Below, piece by piece: positions 8,157-16,689 of a DNA stretch of 51,738 nt. Both the position numbers and the translations under genes were made by a program. Each line of letters begins with the position of its first letter. Position 1 is the stretch's first letter. A model generated the notes under the pieces. That model was not told the origin of the DNA, searched no databases, and saw only the letters and a program-made list of their open reading frames with translations. The stretch comes from a virus (lineage: Duplodnaviria; Caudoviricetes), in the IMG/VR virus record IMGVR_UViG_3300031628_000003, positions 1-51,738 of that record, one strand, 5' to 3'.

Positions 8157-10010
8157 ATGACTACTAAACTAATTTGGGATCTAGAAACTAACGGACTTAT
8201 CCCTGAAGTAAACAAGATATGGTGTCTTGTAATGCAAGATATCACCACAAAAGACATCTTCTCTTACTCAGATTACGATGACAACCTTCCTTCACTAGAA
8301 GAAGGTCTCCAGAAGCTCTCAGAAGCTGACCTAATAGCAGGTCACAACATAATTGGATATGACCTACCAGTTCTTAAAAGACTCCTAGGATGGGAACCTA
8401 GGCCCTCTCAGACTGTATGGGATACACTGCTAATGTCACAGCTATGTATGTTCCAACGCACACACAGGCATGGCCTTGCAGGTTGGGGTGAGTTCTTCAA
8501 GTATCCAAAAGGAGACTACAATGATTGGACTAACTACAACCAAGAGATGCTAACCTATTGTATACAAGACGTTACATTAAACACTAAAGTATACGAAAGA
8601 CTATCAAGAGAAGCGTCAATACAAATCAAAGCACGTCCACAGTTTAAGCAAGCCTTGAACCTAGAGCATGATTTCGCAATAGTTAATGCTGAGATCACAG
8701 CTAAAGGTTGGTTGTTTAATATGCCTAAAGCTAAAGAACTTAAGGAAAATCTTACATGGAAATTACATGCCATTGAGGATGAGCTTGAGCCACAGCTAGG
8801 TAGTGTATGTATGCTCAAGGGTAGTAAGGAAGTAGATAAGATTGTTAAGAAGAATGGTGACTACTACAAACTCATAACCGATTGGTATGATTTAGATGTA
8901 AACACTAAGGCTTCTGATAGTTTTATCACAGGACCTTTCTCTCGTATAGAGTTCAGTGAAGTACGACTAGGTCAGCTTGCAGAGGTAAAGAAGTACCTCT
9001 CTGACATTGGTTGGAAGCCTGATGATTGGACCTTTAAGAAGGTAGCAGGTAAGTGGATAAAGATGTCACCAAAGCTAACAGACAGCTCCCTAGAACCCCT
9101 AGGTATCGTTGGCAGTATGATCAGTGACTACTACATGCTACGTCAAAGGTTATCTATGGTTGATAACTGGATAGAGATGGTAGCTAAGTGGGGTGATGGT
9201 AGACTGCATGGTGATATGTTTACCATAGGTACACCTTCATTTCGTTGTCGTCATCGTGGCATCGTTAACATACCCGGAGTACACTCACAGTACGGTAAAG
9301 ACCTAAGAGCTTTACTTACATGTGAGCGTGGTCATAGGTTAGTGGGTGCTGACTCTGCTGGTAATCAGTTCAGAGGTCTAGCACACTACATGGGTGATGA
9401 TGACTTCACAGCATCTGTAGTTGTGGGTAAAGAATCTGACGGTACTGATGCTCACTCACGAAATGCTGCTATACTTGGCATCTCAAGGACAAAAGCTAAG
9501 AGCTTTATATATGCTTACTTATTTGGTGCAGGTGTTGCTAAGCTTGGTGAAGTTATCACTGGACTTAAATCACCCAAGGCTGGTAAGGAAGCAGATGCTA
9601 AGTTCAAAGCAGCGTTCCCTAAGCTTAAAGACCTAAAGGACTCCTTAATATCTGAGTATAATCACAACAAGATGAAGACCGGGATTGGCTTTATCATAGG
9701 CGCTGATGGTAGGCGAGTTGTTGTAAGCTCAGAACACCAACTACTCAACTACTTACTTCAAACACTAGAAGGTATCACATGCAAGTCTGCATTAGTGTAC
9801 CAGTACAAGAAGATTAAAGAGTTAGGTATCGAAGGTACATACCCTATCTTGTTCTATCATGACGAGACTGCATGGGTTACGCCTACTAAACATTCTAAAA
9901 CTGTATTAGATATATCTGTAGCTGGATTCCGTGAGGGACCTAAGTCTGTAGGTGTTACCTGTATGGATGGAGATGGGAAGATCGGTATTAATTATGCAGA
10001 AATCCATTAA
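8157..10010 (+). CDS. DNA polymerase family A (T7 gp5-like) with 3'-5' exonuclease
   Basis: WDLETNG, GHNIIGYD, YCIQD exonuclease motifs; GADSAGNQFR motif A; RTKAKSFIYAYLFG motif B; YHDE motif C. Confidence 0.96.
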   Translation: MTTKLIWDLETNGLIPEVNKIWCLVMQDITTKDIFSYSDYDDNLPSLEEGLQKLSEADLIAGHNIIGYDLPVLKRLLGWEPRPSQTVWDTLLMSQLCMFQRTHRHGLAGWGEFFKYPKGDYNDWTNYNQEMLTYCIQDVTLNTKVYERLSREASIQIKARPQFKQALNLEHDFAIVNAEITAKGWLFNMPKAKELKENLTWKLHAIEDELEPQLGSVCMLKGSKEVDKIVKKNGDYYKLITDWYDLDVNTKASDSFITGPFSRIEFSEVRLGQLAEVKKYLSDIGWKPDDWTFKKVAGKWIKMSPKLTDSSLEPLGIVGSMISDYYMLRQRLSMVDNWIEMVAKWGDGRLHGDMFTIGTPSFRCRHRGIVNIPGVHSQYGKDLRALLTCERGHRLVGADSAGNQFRGLAHYMGDDDFTASVVVGKESDGTDAHSRNAAILGISRTKAKSFIYAYLFGAGVAKLGEVITGLKSPKAGKEADAKFKAAFPKLKDLKDSLISEYNHNKMKTGIGFIIGADGRRVVVSSEHQLLNYLLQTLEGITCKSALVYQYKKIKELGIEGTYPILFYHDETAWVTPTKHSKTVLDISVAGFREGPKSVGVTCMDGDGKIGINYAEIH

Positions 10011-10461
10011 TAGAAAAAGAACCTGCAAAGATTGTAGTGAAACATTAGTTGTTGGTTTTAATTGGACTGAAAATATGTCCATTAAATACAATTATATATG
10101 TAGACAATGTAATGTAATGCGTACCTTAGCTCGAAGAAATAATGACCAATCATACCGAGTGACTACAAGACTAGCTAATAAGATGTGGAAACGAAGAAAC
10201 AGAGGTGCTTGTAATGCCACTAACAAATTAAGGAACTCAAATAAAATACAAAGAACGCCTAGCTGGGCTGACTTAGAAGCTATAAAAGAAATCTACAAAG
10301 AAGCGGCAAGGCTCAACAATATTCATGGGCCTGGAGCTTACCATGTAGACCACATAATCCCCTTACAAGGTAAAAATGTATCGGGGTTTCATGTAGAGTA
10401 TAACTTACAGATCCTAAAAGCATCTGACAATTTACTAAAGAGTAATAAGTATGTTCAATAA
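9994..10461 (+). CDS. HNH endonuclease with N-terminal Zn-finger
   Basis: CKDC...CRQC; TPSWAD; HVDHIIPLQG..VSGFHV..NLQIL...N..KSN; start uncertain (track 9952). Confidence 0.85.
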   Translation: MQKSINRKRTCKDCSETLVVGFNWTENMSIKYNYICRQCNVMRTLARRNNDQSYRVTTRLANKMWKRRNRGACNATNKLRNSNKIQRTPSWADLEAIKEIYKEAARLNNIHGPGAYHVDHIIPLQGKNVSGFHVEYNLQILKASDNLLKSNKYVQ

Positions 10462-11233
10462 TAACGATGCAGTATACGAAATGTTTAACAAAAGCTGTAT
10501 GACAGAAGAGATGGAGTTCGACAAGTGTTTTATAGACGCTGACTCAATCATATTCCGTATAGCAGTTACAACAGATTCAATCACACAAGCAAAGAGTTAC
10601 TTTGACAAAGCACTTGATGCAGTCATGCGTGACACAGGTAGTATCAAAGGTTATGTTGCTGTAAAAGGTAAGGGTAACTTCAGGTACGGTATCTCTGAAG
10701 ACTACAAAGGTAACCGAAGTAAGACAGAGATAGATCCTAAGGTAGTCGAAAGACGTAACGCAGTTACAGAGTACGCTTGGGAAACTGGATGCTTTAAGTC
10801 TGACAACTGTGAGGCAGATGATATAGTATCTATCTGGGCGCAAGAGGCTTATGAAGCTGGTGAGCATTACGTTATAGCACATATCGACAAGGACATTGAC
10901 ATGGTCCCCGGTTGGCATTACAACTTCAACAAGAAGACACAATACTTTATTGACGCTGACCAAGGTCATTATAAAATGTGTATACAAATGCTAACAGGTG
11001 ACAGTACAGATAACATTCATGGACTTAAGGGCATAGGCCCTAAGAAAGCCGAGAAGATCTTACAGGGTGTCGCTACTAAAGATATGCTTGAGACTGTAGC
11101 TAACGCATGGCGTGACCACAATCCACGTGATTGGAAACCTAAGCTTGAGACCTGCTTTAACTTACTGTACATGCGCAGGAATTGGGATGGGTTTCGTAGG
11201 TTAACTATTGAAGAGGTCTTTGCAGATGAGTAG
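10451..11233 (+). CDS. 5'-3' exonuclease (T7 gp6-like)
   Basis: IDADS, NFR, YKGNR, EADD, DKDIDMVPG, GDSTDNIHGLKGIGPKKA. Confidence 0.92.
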   Translation: MFNNNDAVYEMFNKSCMTEEMEFDKCFIDADSIIFRIAVTTDSITQAKSYFDKALDAVMRDTGSIKGYVAVKGKGNFRYGISEDYKGNRSKTEIDPKVVERRNAVTEYAWETGCFKSDNCEADDIVSIWAQEAYEAGEHYVIAHIDKDIDMVPGWHYNFNKKTQYFIDADQGHYKMCIQMLTGDSTDNIHGLKGIGPKKAEKILQGVATKDMLETVANAWRDHNPRDWKPKLETCFNLLYMRRNWDGFRRLTIEEVFADE

Positions 11234-11519
11234 AGCTAGTTGGAAGAAAGTAGGTGATTCGATAGAGATGCACAAGATAAAGATAATCACAGTGCATGAG
11301 AAGTCTTGGTTACACTACTACAAGTATGGTGTTGACTCTTGGTACGAGGATTGTGAAGGAGACACTATGCCAGCTGAGTGGGGTTTCTGCCTACATATGC
11401 AACCTATATCTGAAGACATGTGTGACCTACTGAAAGCATCTGGTATGCGTGAGGATGATAGTTACAAAGGTGATTTAGATGAGTTTATTAAACTGGTAGA
11501 AAGGGATACTAAGTCATGA
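11226..11519 (+). CDS. hypothetical protein
   Basis: ATG11226 after GAGG; coupled to neighbours. Confidence 0.55.
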   Translation: MSRASWKKVGDSIEMHKIKIITVHEKSWLHYYKYGVDSWYEDCEGDTMPAEWGFCLHMQPISEDMCDLLKASGMREDDSYKGDLDEFIKLVERDTKS

Positions 11520-12001
11520 GCCTTGGACACTGGTCTTATAATGGAGAATCCTTTGAGGTTGACGATTACTTTGGTTTCATATATCTTATAACTGTATCTG
11601 TACCTGACGGTAACCCTATAAGATACGTAGGTAAGAAACAGTTCCATTCATATAAGAAAACCAAGAGAGACAAAGAGTCTAACTGGAAGTCGTACACAAG
11701 CTCCTCCAAACATATCAATGAACTAAAAGTAAATGGTTCTGAATTGTCTTACGAGATCATTCAATTGTTTGAAACAAGAGGTGGCTTGTCAGCAGCAGAG
11801 TGTAAAGTCCAATGGTACTTAGATGTTCTCACAGAGAAATGCCTGTTAGGTGTACCTCTGTATTTAAACAGACAGATAGGTGCAATTAAATTTATTCCAA
11901 AAGAAGCAATATCAGATGAAACAAAAACAAGACTTGACGAAATCTACAGAAGCGGAAGATTACTTATTGAAGCCAAAGGAGAAGAAACAACAGAGACTTG
12001 A
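11516..12001 (+). CDS. GIY-YIG-like endonuclease
   Basis: FGFIYLIT...RYVGKKQF...ESNWKSYTSSS...E...YLN. Confidence 0.7.
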   Translation: MSLGHWSYNGESFEVDDYFGFIYLITVSVPDGNPIRYVGKKQFHSYKKTKRDKESNWKSYTSSSKHINELKVNGSELSYEIIQLFETRGGLSAAECKVQWYLDVLTEKCLLGVPLYLNRQIGAIKFIPKEAISDETKTRLDEIYRSGRLLIEAKGEETTET

Positions 12002-12068
12002 TGCTAAGTCCAAAGCAAGTACCAGACGTACTGATACTAAATCCTTAAAAGAAAGTAGGTGGAACTGA
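11916..12068 (+). CDS. small basic hypothetical protein
   Basis: TGA overlaps the primase ATG (TGATG); overlaps upstream gene by 86 nt. Confidence 0.35.
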   Translation: MKQKQDLTKSTEAEDYLLKPKEKKQQRLDAKSKASTRRTDTKSLKESRWN

Positions 12069-13696
12069 TGAGTGACTCATTCACTAAACACTACCCATGT
12101 AACCATTGCGGATCATCAGATGCAGTAGCACTGTGGTCTAATGGTAGAGGTAAATGCTTTGCATGTAACAAGCCAGCATTCTTAGATCAATATGATGACA
12201 CAATAGTGTCAAAGTTTAACCCAACTAAACAACGAGAGTACGATATGAGTGGCGATTCACTTCAAGATATACAAAACTATGACAGTGCAGGTGTACGTGA
12301 GCGTGGTCTAACTAAGACTGCATGTGACGAGTACGATATGAAAGTATCTTATGACTCTAATGGTACAATAAATGCACACTACTACCCATACACAGTGAAG
12401 GGTAAGATAGTTGCGTACAAGAAGCGCACACTCCCTAAGGAGTTCCGTGTTGTAGGTGACCTAAAGAATGCTAAGCTTGAACTGTTTGGTCAGTCTAAGT
12501 TCCAGCCCGGTGGTTTCAAGGTGATCATAACTGAGGGTGAGCTAGATGCTATTGCAGTTCAGCAAGCTATGCTCACTAAATACAAGAAGACATACCCAGT
12601 AGTTTCTCTACCATCCTCATCTAACATGAAGATACTTGTGGCTAACCGAGATTGGTTACGATCATTTAAGGAAGTCATCTTAATGTTTGATCAAGATGAT
12701 GCTGGAGATAAAGCAGTAGCAGAAGCAGCTAAAATAATTGGTTGGGATAAGACTAAGGTCGCATCTCTGTCTGCCAATGACCCATGTGATGCACTGGTGG
12801 CTAACCCAACTGAGATTATAAGTGCTGTGTTCAGTGCACGAAGCTACACACCAGCAGCTATTGTACGTGGTGAAGCTATCTGGGAAGCATACGTAGAACG
12901 TAAATCTGTGGAGTCTGTGCCGTACCCTAAGTGTCTTGAAGGTCTTAATGCAAAGCTAGATGGTATGCGTAAGGGTGAGATTGTATTGTTCACATCTGGC
13001 ACAGGGTCAGGTAAATCAACAATGATTAAAGAAATTATACTAGAACTGGAGGATAATACAGATGAAAGCATTGGCCTTGTATCTCTTGAAGAAAGCATTG
13101 GAGATTCTGCGGAGAAGTTTATCAAGATGTTTACACCTTCAGACCCAACTGTTGAGCAAGAACGTGCTGCATTTGAAAGAGTATTTGGTAATGAAAGGCT
13201 CATCCTGCTCGACCACAACGGAGCTGTGTCTGATTCTAGTCTCATTGATCAAATTGAAAACCTATGCTTGCTTGGGTGCCAGTATATCATCCTTGATCAT
13301 ATCACCATTGCAGTTTCTGAAGGAGCTGACGGAAAGACAGGTAACGAAGCTATAGACTCCGTCATGTCTGACCTACTTAAGATAGTCAAGAAACATAACG
13401 TATGGCTAGGTCTTATCAGTCACCTCAGGAAATCACAAGGTAAATCTTTTGAAGAAGGACACCTGTCATCTATTGATGATATCAAGGGTTCAGGTTCGAT
13501 TAAACAGATTAGCTTTGATATAATTACATTCTCTCGTAACTTAGTGGCAGAAGATGAAGATGAAAGAAACACAATTAAACTCCGAGTACTTAAGTCACGA
13601 TTCACAGGACGAACTGGAGACTGCGGATCAGCATACTATGATACCAGAACTAACAGACTCAAAGGACAAGAGGACTTCCTCGAGTACACTGGGTGA
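12068..13696 (+). CDS. DNA primase/helicase (T7 gp4-like)
   Basis: Zn-binding CNHCGSSD..CFAC; TOPRIM ITEGELDA, FDQDDAG; helicase SGTGSGKS, ILDHI, ISHLRK, IKGSGSIKQ, KSRFTGRTG. Confidence 0.96.
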   Translation: MSDSFTKHYPCNHCGSSDAVALWSNGRGKCFACNKPAFLDQYDDTIVSKFNPTKQREYDMSGDSLQDIQNYDSAGVRERGLTKTACDEYDMKVSYDSNGTINAHYYPYTVKGKIVAYKKRTLPKEFRVVGDLKNAKLELFGQSKFQPGGFKVIITEGELDAIAVQQAMLTKYKKTYPVVSLPSSSNMKILVANRDWLRSFKEVILMFDQDDAGDKAVAEAAKIIGWDKTKVASLSANDPCDALVANPTEIISAVFSARSYTPAAIVRGEAIWEAYVERKSVESVPYPKCLEGLNAKLDGMRKGEIVLFTSGTGSGKSTMIKEIILELEDNTDESIGLVSLEESIGDSAEKFIKMFTPSDPTVEQERAAFERVFGNERLILLDHNGAVSDSSLIDQIENLCLLGCQYIILDHITIAVSEGADGKTGNEAIDSVMSDLLKIVKKHNVWLGLISHLRKSQGKSFEEGHLSSIDDIKGSGSIKQISFDIITFSRNLVAEDEDERNTIKLRVLKSRFTGRTGDCGSAYYDTRTNRLKGQEDFLEYTG

Positions 13697-15812
13697 TCAA
13701 GAGAAGTCTACTGCTGGTGTAGAACGTATAACATCATACATAAAAGAAAGATGTGAGGGTAATACCTTCCGTGGGAGGCCCCCAGAAGGGGCCAGATTAA
13801 TCTCTTCAATGATACCCTACGGATATACCTACGAGAAGCTAACTGTAAGGGCCGTAGCAGGTGCTGTGGCAGCTTATCAAAAGTCCAGAAGGTCATCGGC
13901 TAACCCCTTCAAACTAACCGTCACATCGTCTGTGATAGGCTTACAGGTGCTATCTTCTTTAGGGGTACTCAACACTAACCATCAAGAGATTTTAGCAGTG
14001 GGTGACTTATACCTAGAAGCTTTTCTACAACTAGGTTATATACATATCGAAAGGGAGTACAAAGGGTTCCGAGCACCTTACATTATCAAGTTGCTAAGTA
14101 CATGGGCAGAGCTTGGAGACCTACCCCCTGAGTACATAAAGAGTACACTTATAGGTACGTCCTTTACACCACCAAAAGACATTATGTCCTTGCGTAATGA
14201 GTTTACCAAGAGGCCTTACATAAAACGTATGAGTTCAGAGGAGGACTTTAAGCAGCTTATAGGAGCACCTTTTATTACTGCCCTTAACAAGCTGCAACAA
14301 ACACCGTGGAGGCTTAACAGTACAGTGGCTAAAGCCTTAGAGACTAACCTAGGTCTGTTCATAGATCTTGAAGATCAGTCTATAAAAGCTAAGTCAAAAG
14401 CTATAGAGATGAAGTTTGTTATATCTAAGGTACATGCCATAGGTCTACGTGACTTCTATCAAATGGTCGAGTGTGATTATCGTGGGCGTGTTTACTACAC
14501 TGAACCATTCTTAAACTTCCAAGGGTCTGATGTATCCAAGGGATTGTTTGAGTTTGCCTATGCAAAAGCTATGGATACTGAAGGTTACAGGTGGCTGTGC
14601 ATACACACAGCTTGTTCTTACAATCAATCATATGAATTAGAGGAACTACCAGAATGGATAACAGCGGATTACAGAACCTATCTTCAAGACGAAGGATTAT
14701 CCACAATATCAGTAGACAAGATGACGCTAAAGGACAGGGAGTTGTGGACGTTAAACAACCTGACTTGGATAAACCTCTTAGCGGATGGACAAAGCTTCAG
14801 GACAGAGGCAGAAAAACCAGTTAGCTTTCTTGCTTGTTGCTTAGATGTAGCTGGATATAATCATTCTGTGCTAAACAATAAAGTACACATGAGTCGTACA
14901 CCTATCCCGGTTGATGGTAGTAACAATGGGTGGCAACACCTAGCGGCTATATCCAAGGACAAGGAAGCTGGTGAGCTAGTATCCTTAGTACCAAGTGAGA
15001 TACAAAAAGACTTTTATGTACAAGTAGCTAAGCGATTGATAGACAGGATGCCTGAGTGGTTTGCAGAACGTAACATACCAATGAAGGCTATAAGGAAAGG
15101 CATAGCAAAGCGTGGCTCTATGACTAGGGCTTACTCTGCTGGTCAGAAAAAGATTGCAGCAAACATGTACTACGACTGTAAGGTTGAAGGTTATGATAAG
15201 AAGTACAATATCACAGAAGATGACTGTACCCCTCTGTCAAAACAACTTATACTTGCAATCAACGACACCTGCGTAGGTCCCTTAAAGACCATGAAGTTTA
15301 TACAGAAGATGACTGATCATATCTTATCAACAGGTGAGACATGTACACGTTGGACAACTCCCTCAGGATTCCCAGTGTTGTACGAAGTGTGGCGTCAGAA
15401 GAATATAACTGTACGCAGTACCATACGTGGCCTTGGTCAAATAGGTCACAGCATCAAGATACCTTACATCACTTCCAATGGTGACTTGTTGCCGTGTAGG
15501 AGATCGTTTGCGTCTGGATGCTCACCTAACTTTATTCACTCAATGGATGCAGCACACATGGCTAAAGTTATTCAGAGTTTCTCTGGAGACTTCGGAGCTA
15601 TACATGATTCCTTTTCAACTCATGCATGTGATGTGAATAAATTAATTGACCACACCAAGTGGCAGTTTGCCATGATGTACAATAGCACTAACTTCTTTAC
15701 TGCCATAGAGCAGATGTTGTTAGAGACCCGAGAGGGTTATGAACTTAAACAACCAGAGTTAGGATCCTTAGATATATCTGAGATCATATCTTCTGATTAC
15801 TTCTTTTGTTAA
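13554..15812 (+). CDS. single-subunit DNA-directed RNA polymerase (T7 family, short N-terminus)
   Basis: DYRGRVY..LNFQG; motif A PVDGSNNGWQH; DFY; motif B RKGIAKRGSMTRAYS; WTTPSGFPV; PNFIHSMDAAH; motif C IHDSF; true start uncertain. Confidence 0.95.
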   Translation: MKMKETQLNSEYLSHDSQDELETADQHTMIPELTDSKDKRTSSSTLGDQEKSTAGVERITSYIKERCEGNTFRGRPPEGARLISSMIPYGYTYEKLTVRAVAGAVAAYQKSRRSSANPFKLTVTSSVIGLQVLSSLGVLNTNHQEILAVGDLYLEAFLQLGYIHIEREYKGFRAPYIIKLLSTWAELGDLPPEYIKSTLIGTSFTPPKDIMSLRNEFTKRPYIKRMSSEEDFKQLIGAPFITALNKLQQTPWRLNSTVAKALETNLGLFIDLEDQSIKAKSKAIEMKFVISKVHAIGLRDFYQMVECDYRGRVYYTEPFLNFQGSDVSKGLFEFAYAKAMDTEGYRWLCIHTACSYNQSYELEELPEWITADYRTYLQDEGLSTISVDKMTLKDRELWTLNNLTWINLLADGQSFRTEAEKPVSFLACCLDVAGYNHSVLNNKVHMSRTPIPVDGSNNGWQHLAAISKDKEAGELVSLVPSEIQKDFYVQVAKRLIDRMPEWFAERNIPMKAIRKGIAKRGSMTRAYSAGQKKIAANMYYDCKVEGYDKKYNITEDDCTPLSKQLILAINDTCVGPLKTMKFIQKMTDHILSTGETCTRWTTPSGFPVLYEVWRQKNITVRSTIRGLGQIGHSIKIPYITSNGDLLPCRRSFASGCSPNFIHSMDAAHMAKVIQSFSGDFGAIHDSFSTHACDVNKLIDHTKWQFAMMYNSTNFFTAIEQMLLETREGYELKQPELGSLDISEIISSDYFFC

Positions 15813-15823
15813 AGGATAAATAT

Positions 15824-16018
15824 ATGAGTAACGTAACACAATTCCCAGATAAGTATGTAGCTGAAAACGATATGTTAAATGAAGTGGGTGACCTTGTATC
15901 TAAGTACAATGGTAAGATAACCAATGTAGCAATGCTAGGTGTATTGCAGTCAACAGCAAACTTTGTTTTCCTCTCTATTGCAGAGCAAGCTATCTCAGAG
16001 GATGAGGATGATGTATAA
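15824..16018 (+). CDS. hypothetical protein
   Basis: ATG15824 after AAGGA SD; MSNVTQFP N-terminus. Confidence 0.6.
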   Translation: MSNVTQFPDKYVAENDMLNEVGDLVSKYNGKITNVAMLGVLQSTANFVFLSIAEQAISEDEDDV

Positions 16019-16343
16019 GATATTTGAGGAGATTGAACTTAAAGTTATTGATTGGGGTCACATCAAGGGTATCCTTGGTAACCTTAACACAGATGCTGAG
16101 AAGCATGTGCGTATCCAAAAACAATTAAGTAAGTTTGAAGAAGAGTCGGTTGAAATGATTGATGCCATCTCTTCTGGAGATATAAATAAAATACGAGATG
16201 AGATGGGCGATGTCCTTGTGACTCTTGTAATTCAATCAAACCTGTGGGGGTTAGGCTTAGCAGAATGCTTAGACGAAGCCTATAATAAAATATCTGTGCG
16301 CACTGGTCGTATGGTTGATGGAGTATTTGTAAAAGATGAATAA
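16011..16343 (+). CDS. MazG-like nucleotide pyrophosphohydrolase
   Basis: KFEEESVE..IRDEMGDVLVTL..ECLDEAYNKI..RTGRMVDGVFVK; start reassigned from track 15939. Confidence 0.85.
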   Translation: MYKIFEEIELKVIDWGHIKGILGNLNTDAEKHVRIQKQLSKFEEESVEMIDAISSGDINKIRDEMGDVLVTLVIQSNLWGLGLAECLDEAYNKISVRTGRMVDGVFVKDE

Positions 16344-16584
16344 TGAAAAGAAGTCTTACAATATAGTTCCGGGCATTGACGACATGGAGTACGTTGAGAT
16401 GTACAATCTTGACCCAACCCTTGCTTACACACCCGAAATAAACGAAGCAATCCTTAGTAAAGTTTGGGATGATAACTACGCAGGTGCTCTGTCAGAGGGA
16501 CTATCTGATGAGGAAGCTAAAGCTTATGCTGAATCAGGTAGGAAAGCTGGTCGACTTACCGTAGCTAATGCTATGTCAAACTAA
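16336..16584 (+). CDS. hypothetical acidic protein
   Basis: last ORF of the + arm; GGAG upstream. Confidence 0.6.
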   Translation: MNNEKKSYNIVPGIDDMEYVEMYNLDPTLAYTPEINEAILSKVWDDNYAGALSEGLSDEEAKAYAESGRKAGRLTVANAMSN

Positions 16585-16587
16585 TAT

Positions 16588-16689
16588 AAATAAAATAACC
16601 CCCAAGTATACGTAATGTATACCTGAGGGTAATGCCCTTTGGGTTCCTTAACGGAACCTTGAGGGCTTTTTTATTATTATTTATTGTTA
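16588..16689. terminator. bidirectional terminator region between the convergent arms
   Basis: A-rich tract, then hairpin ACCC..GTATAC/GTATAC..GGGT (16598-16630), then hairpin GCCCT..GGTTCC/GGAACC..AGGGC (16634-16666) followed by TTTTTT. Confidence 0.8.
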
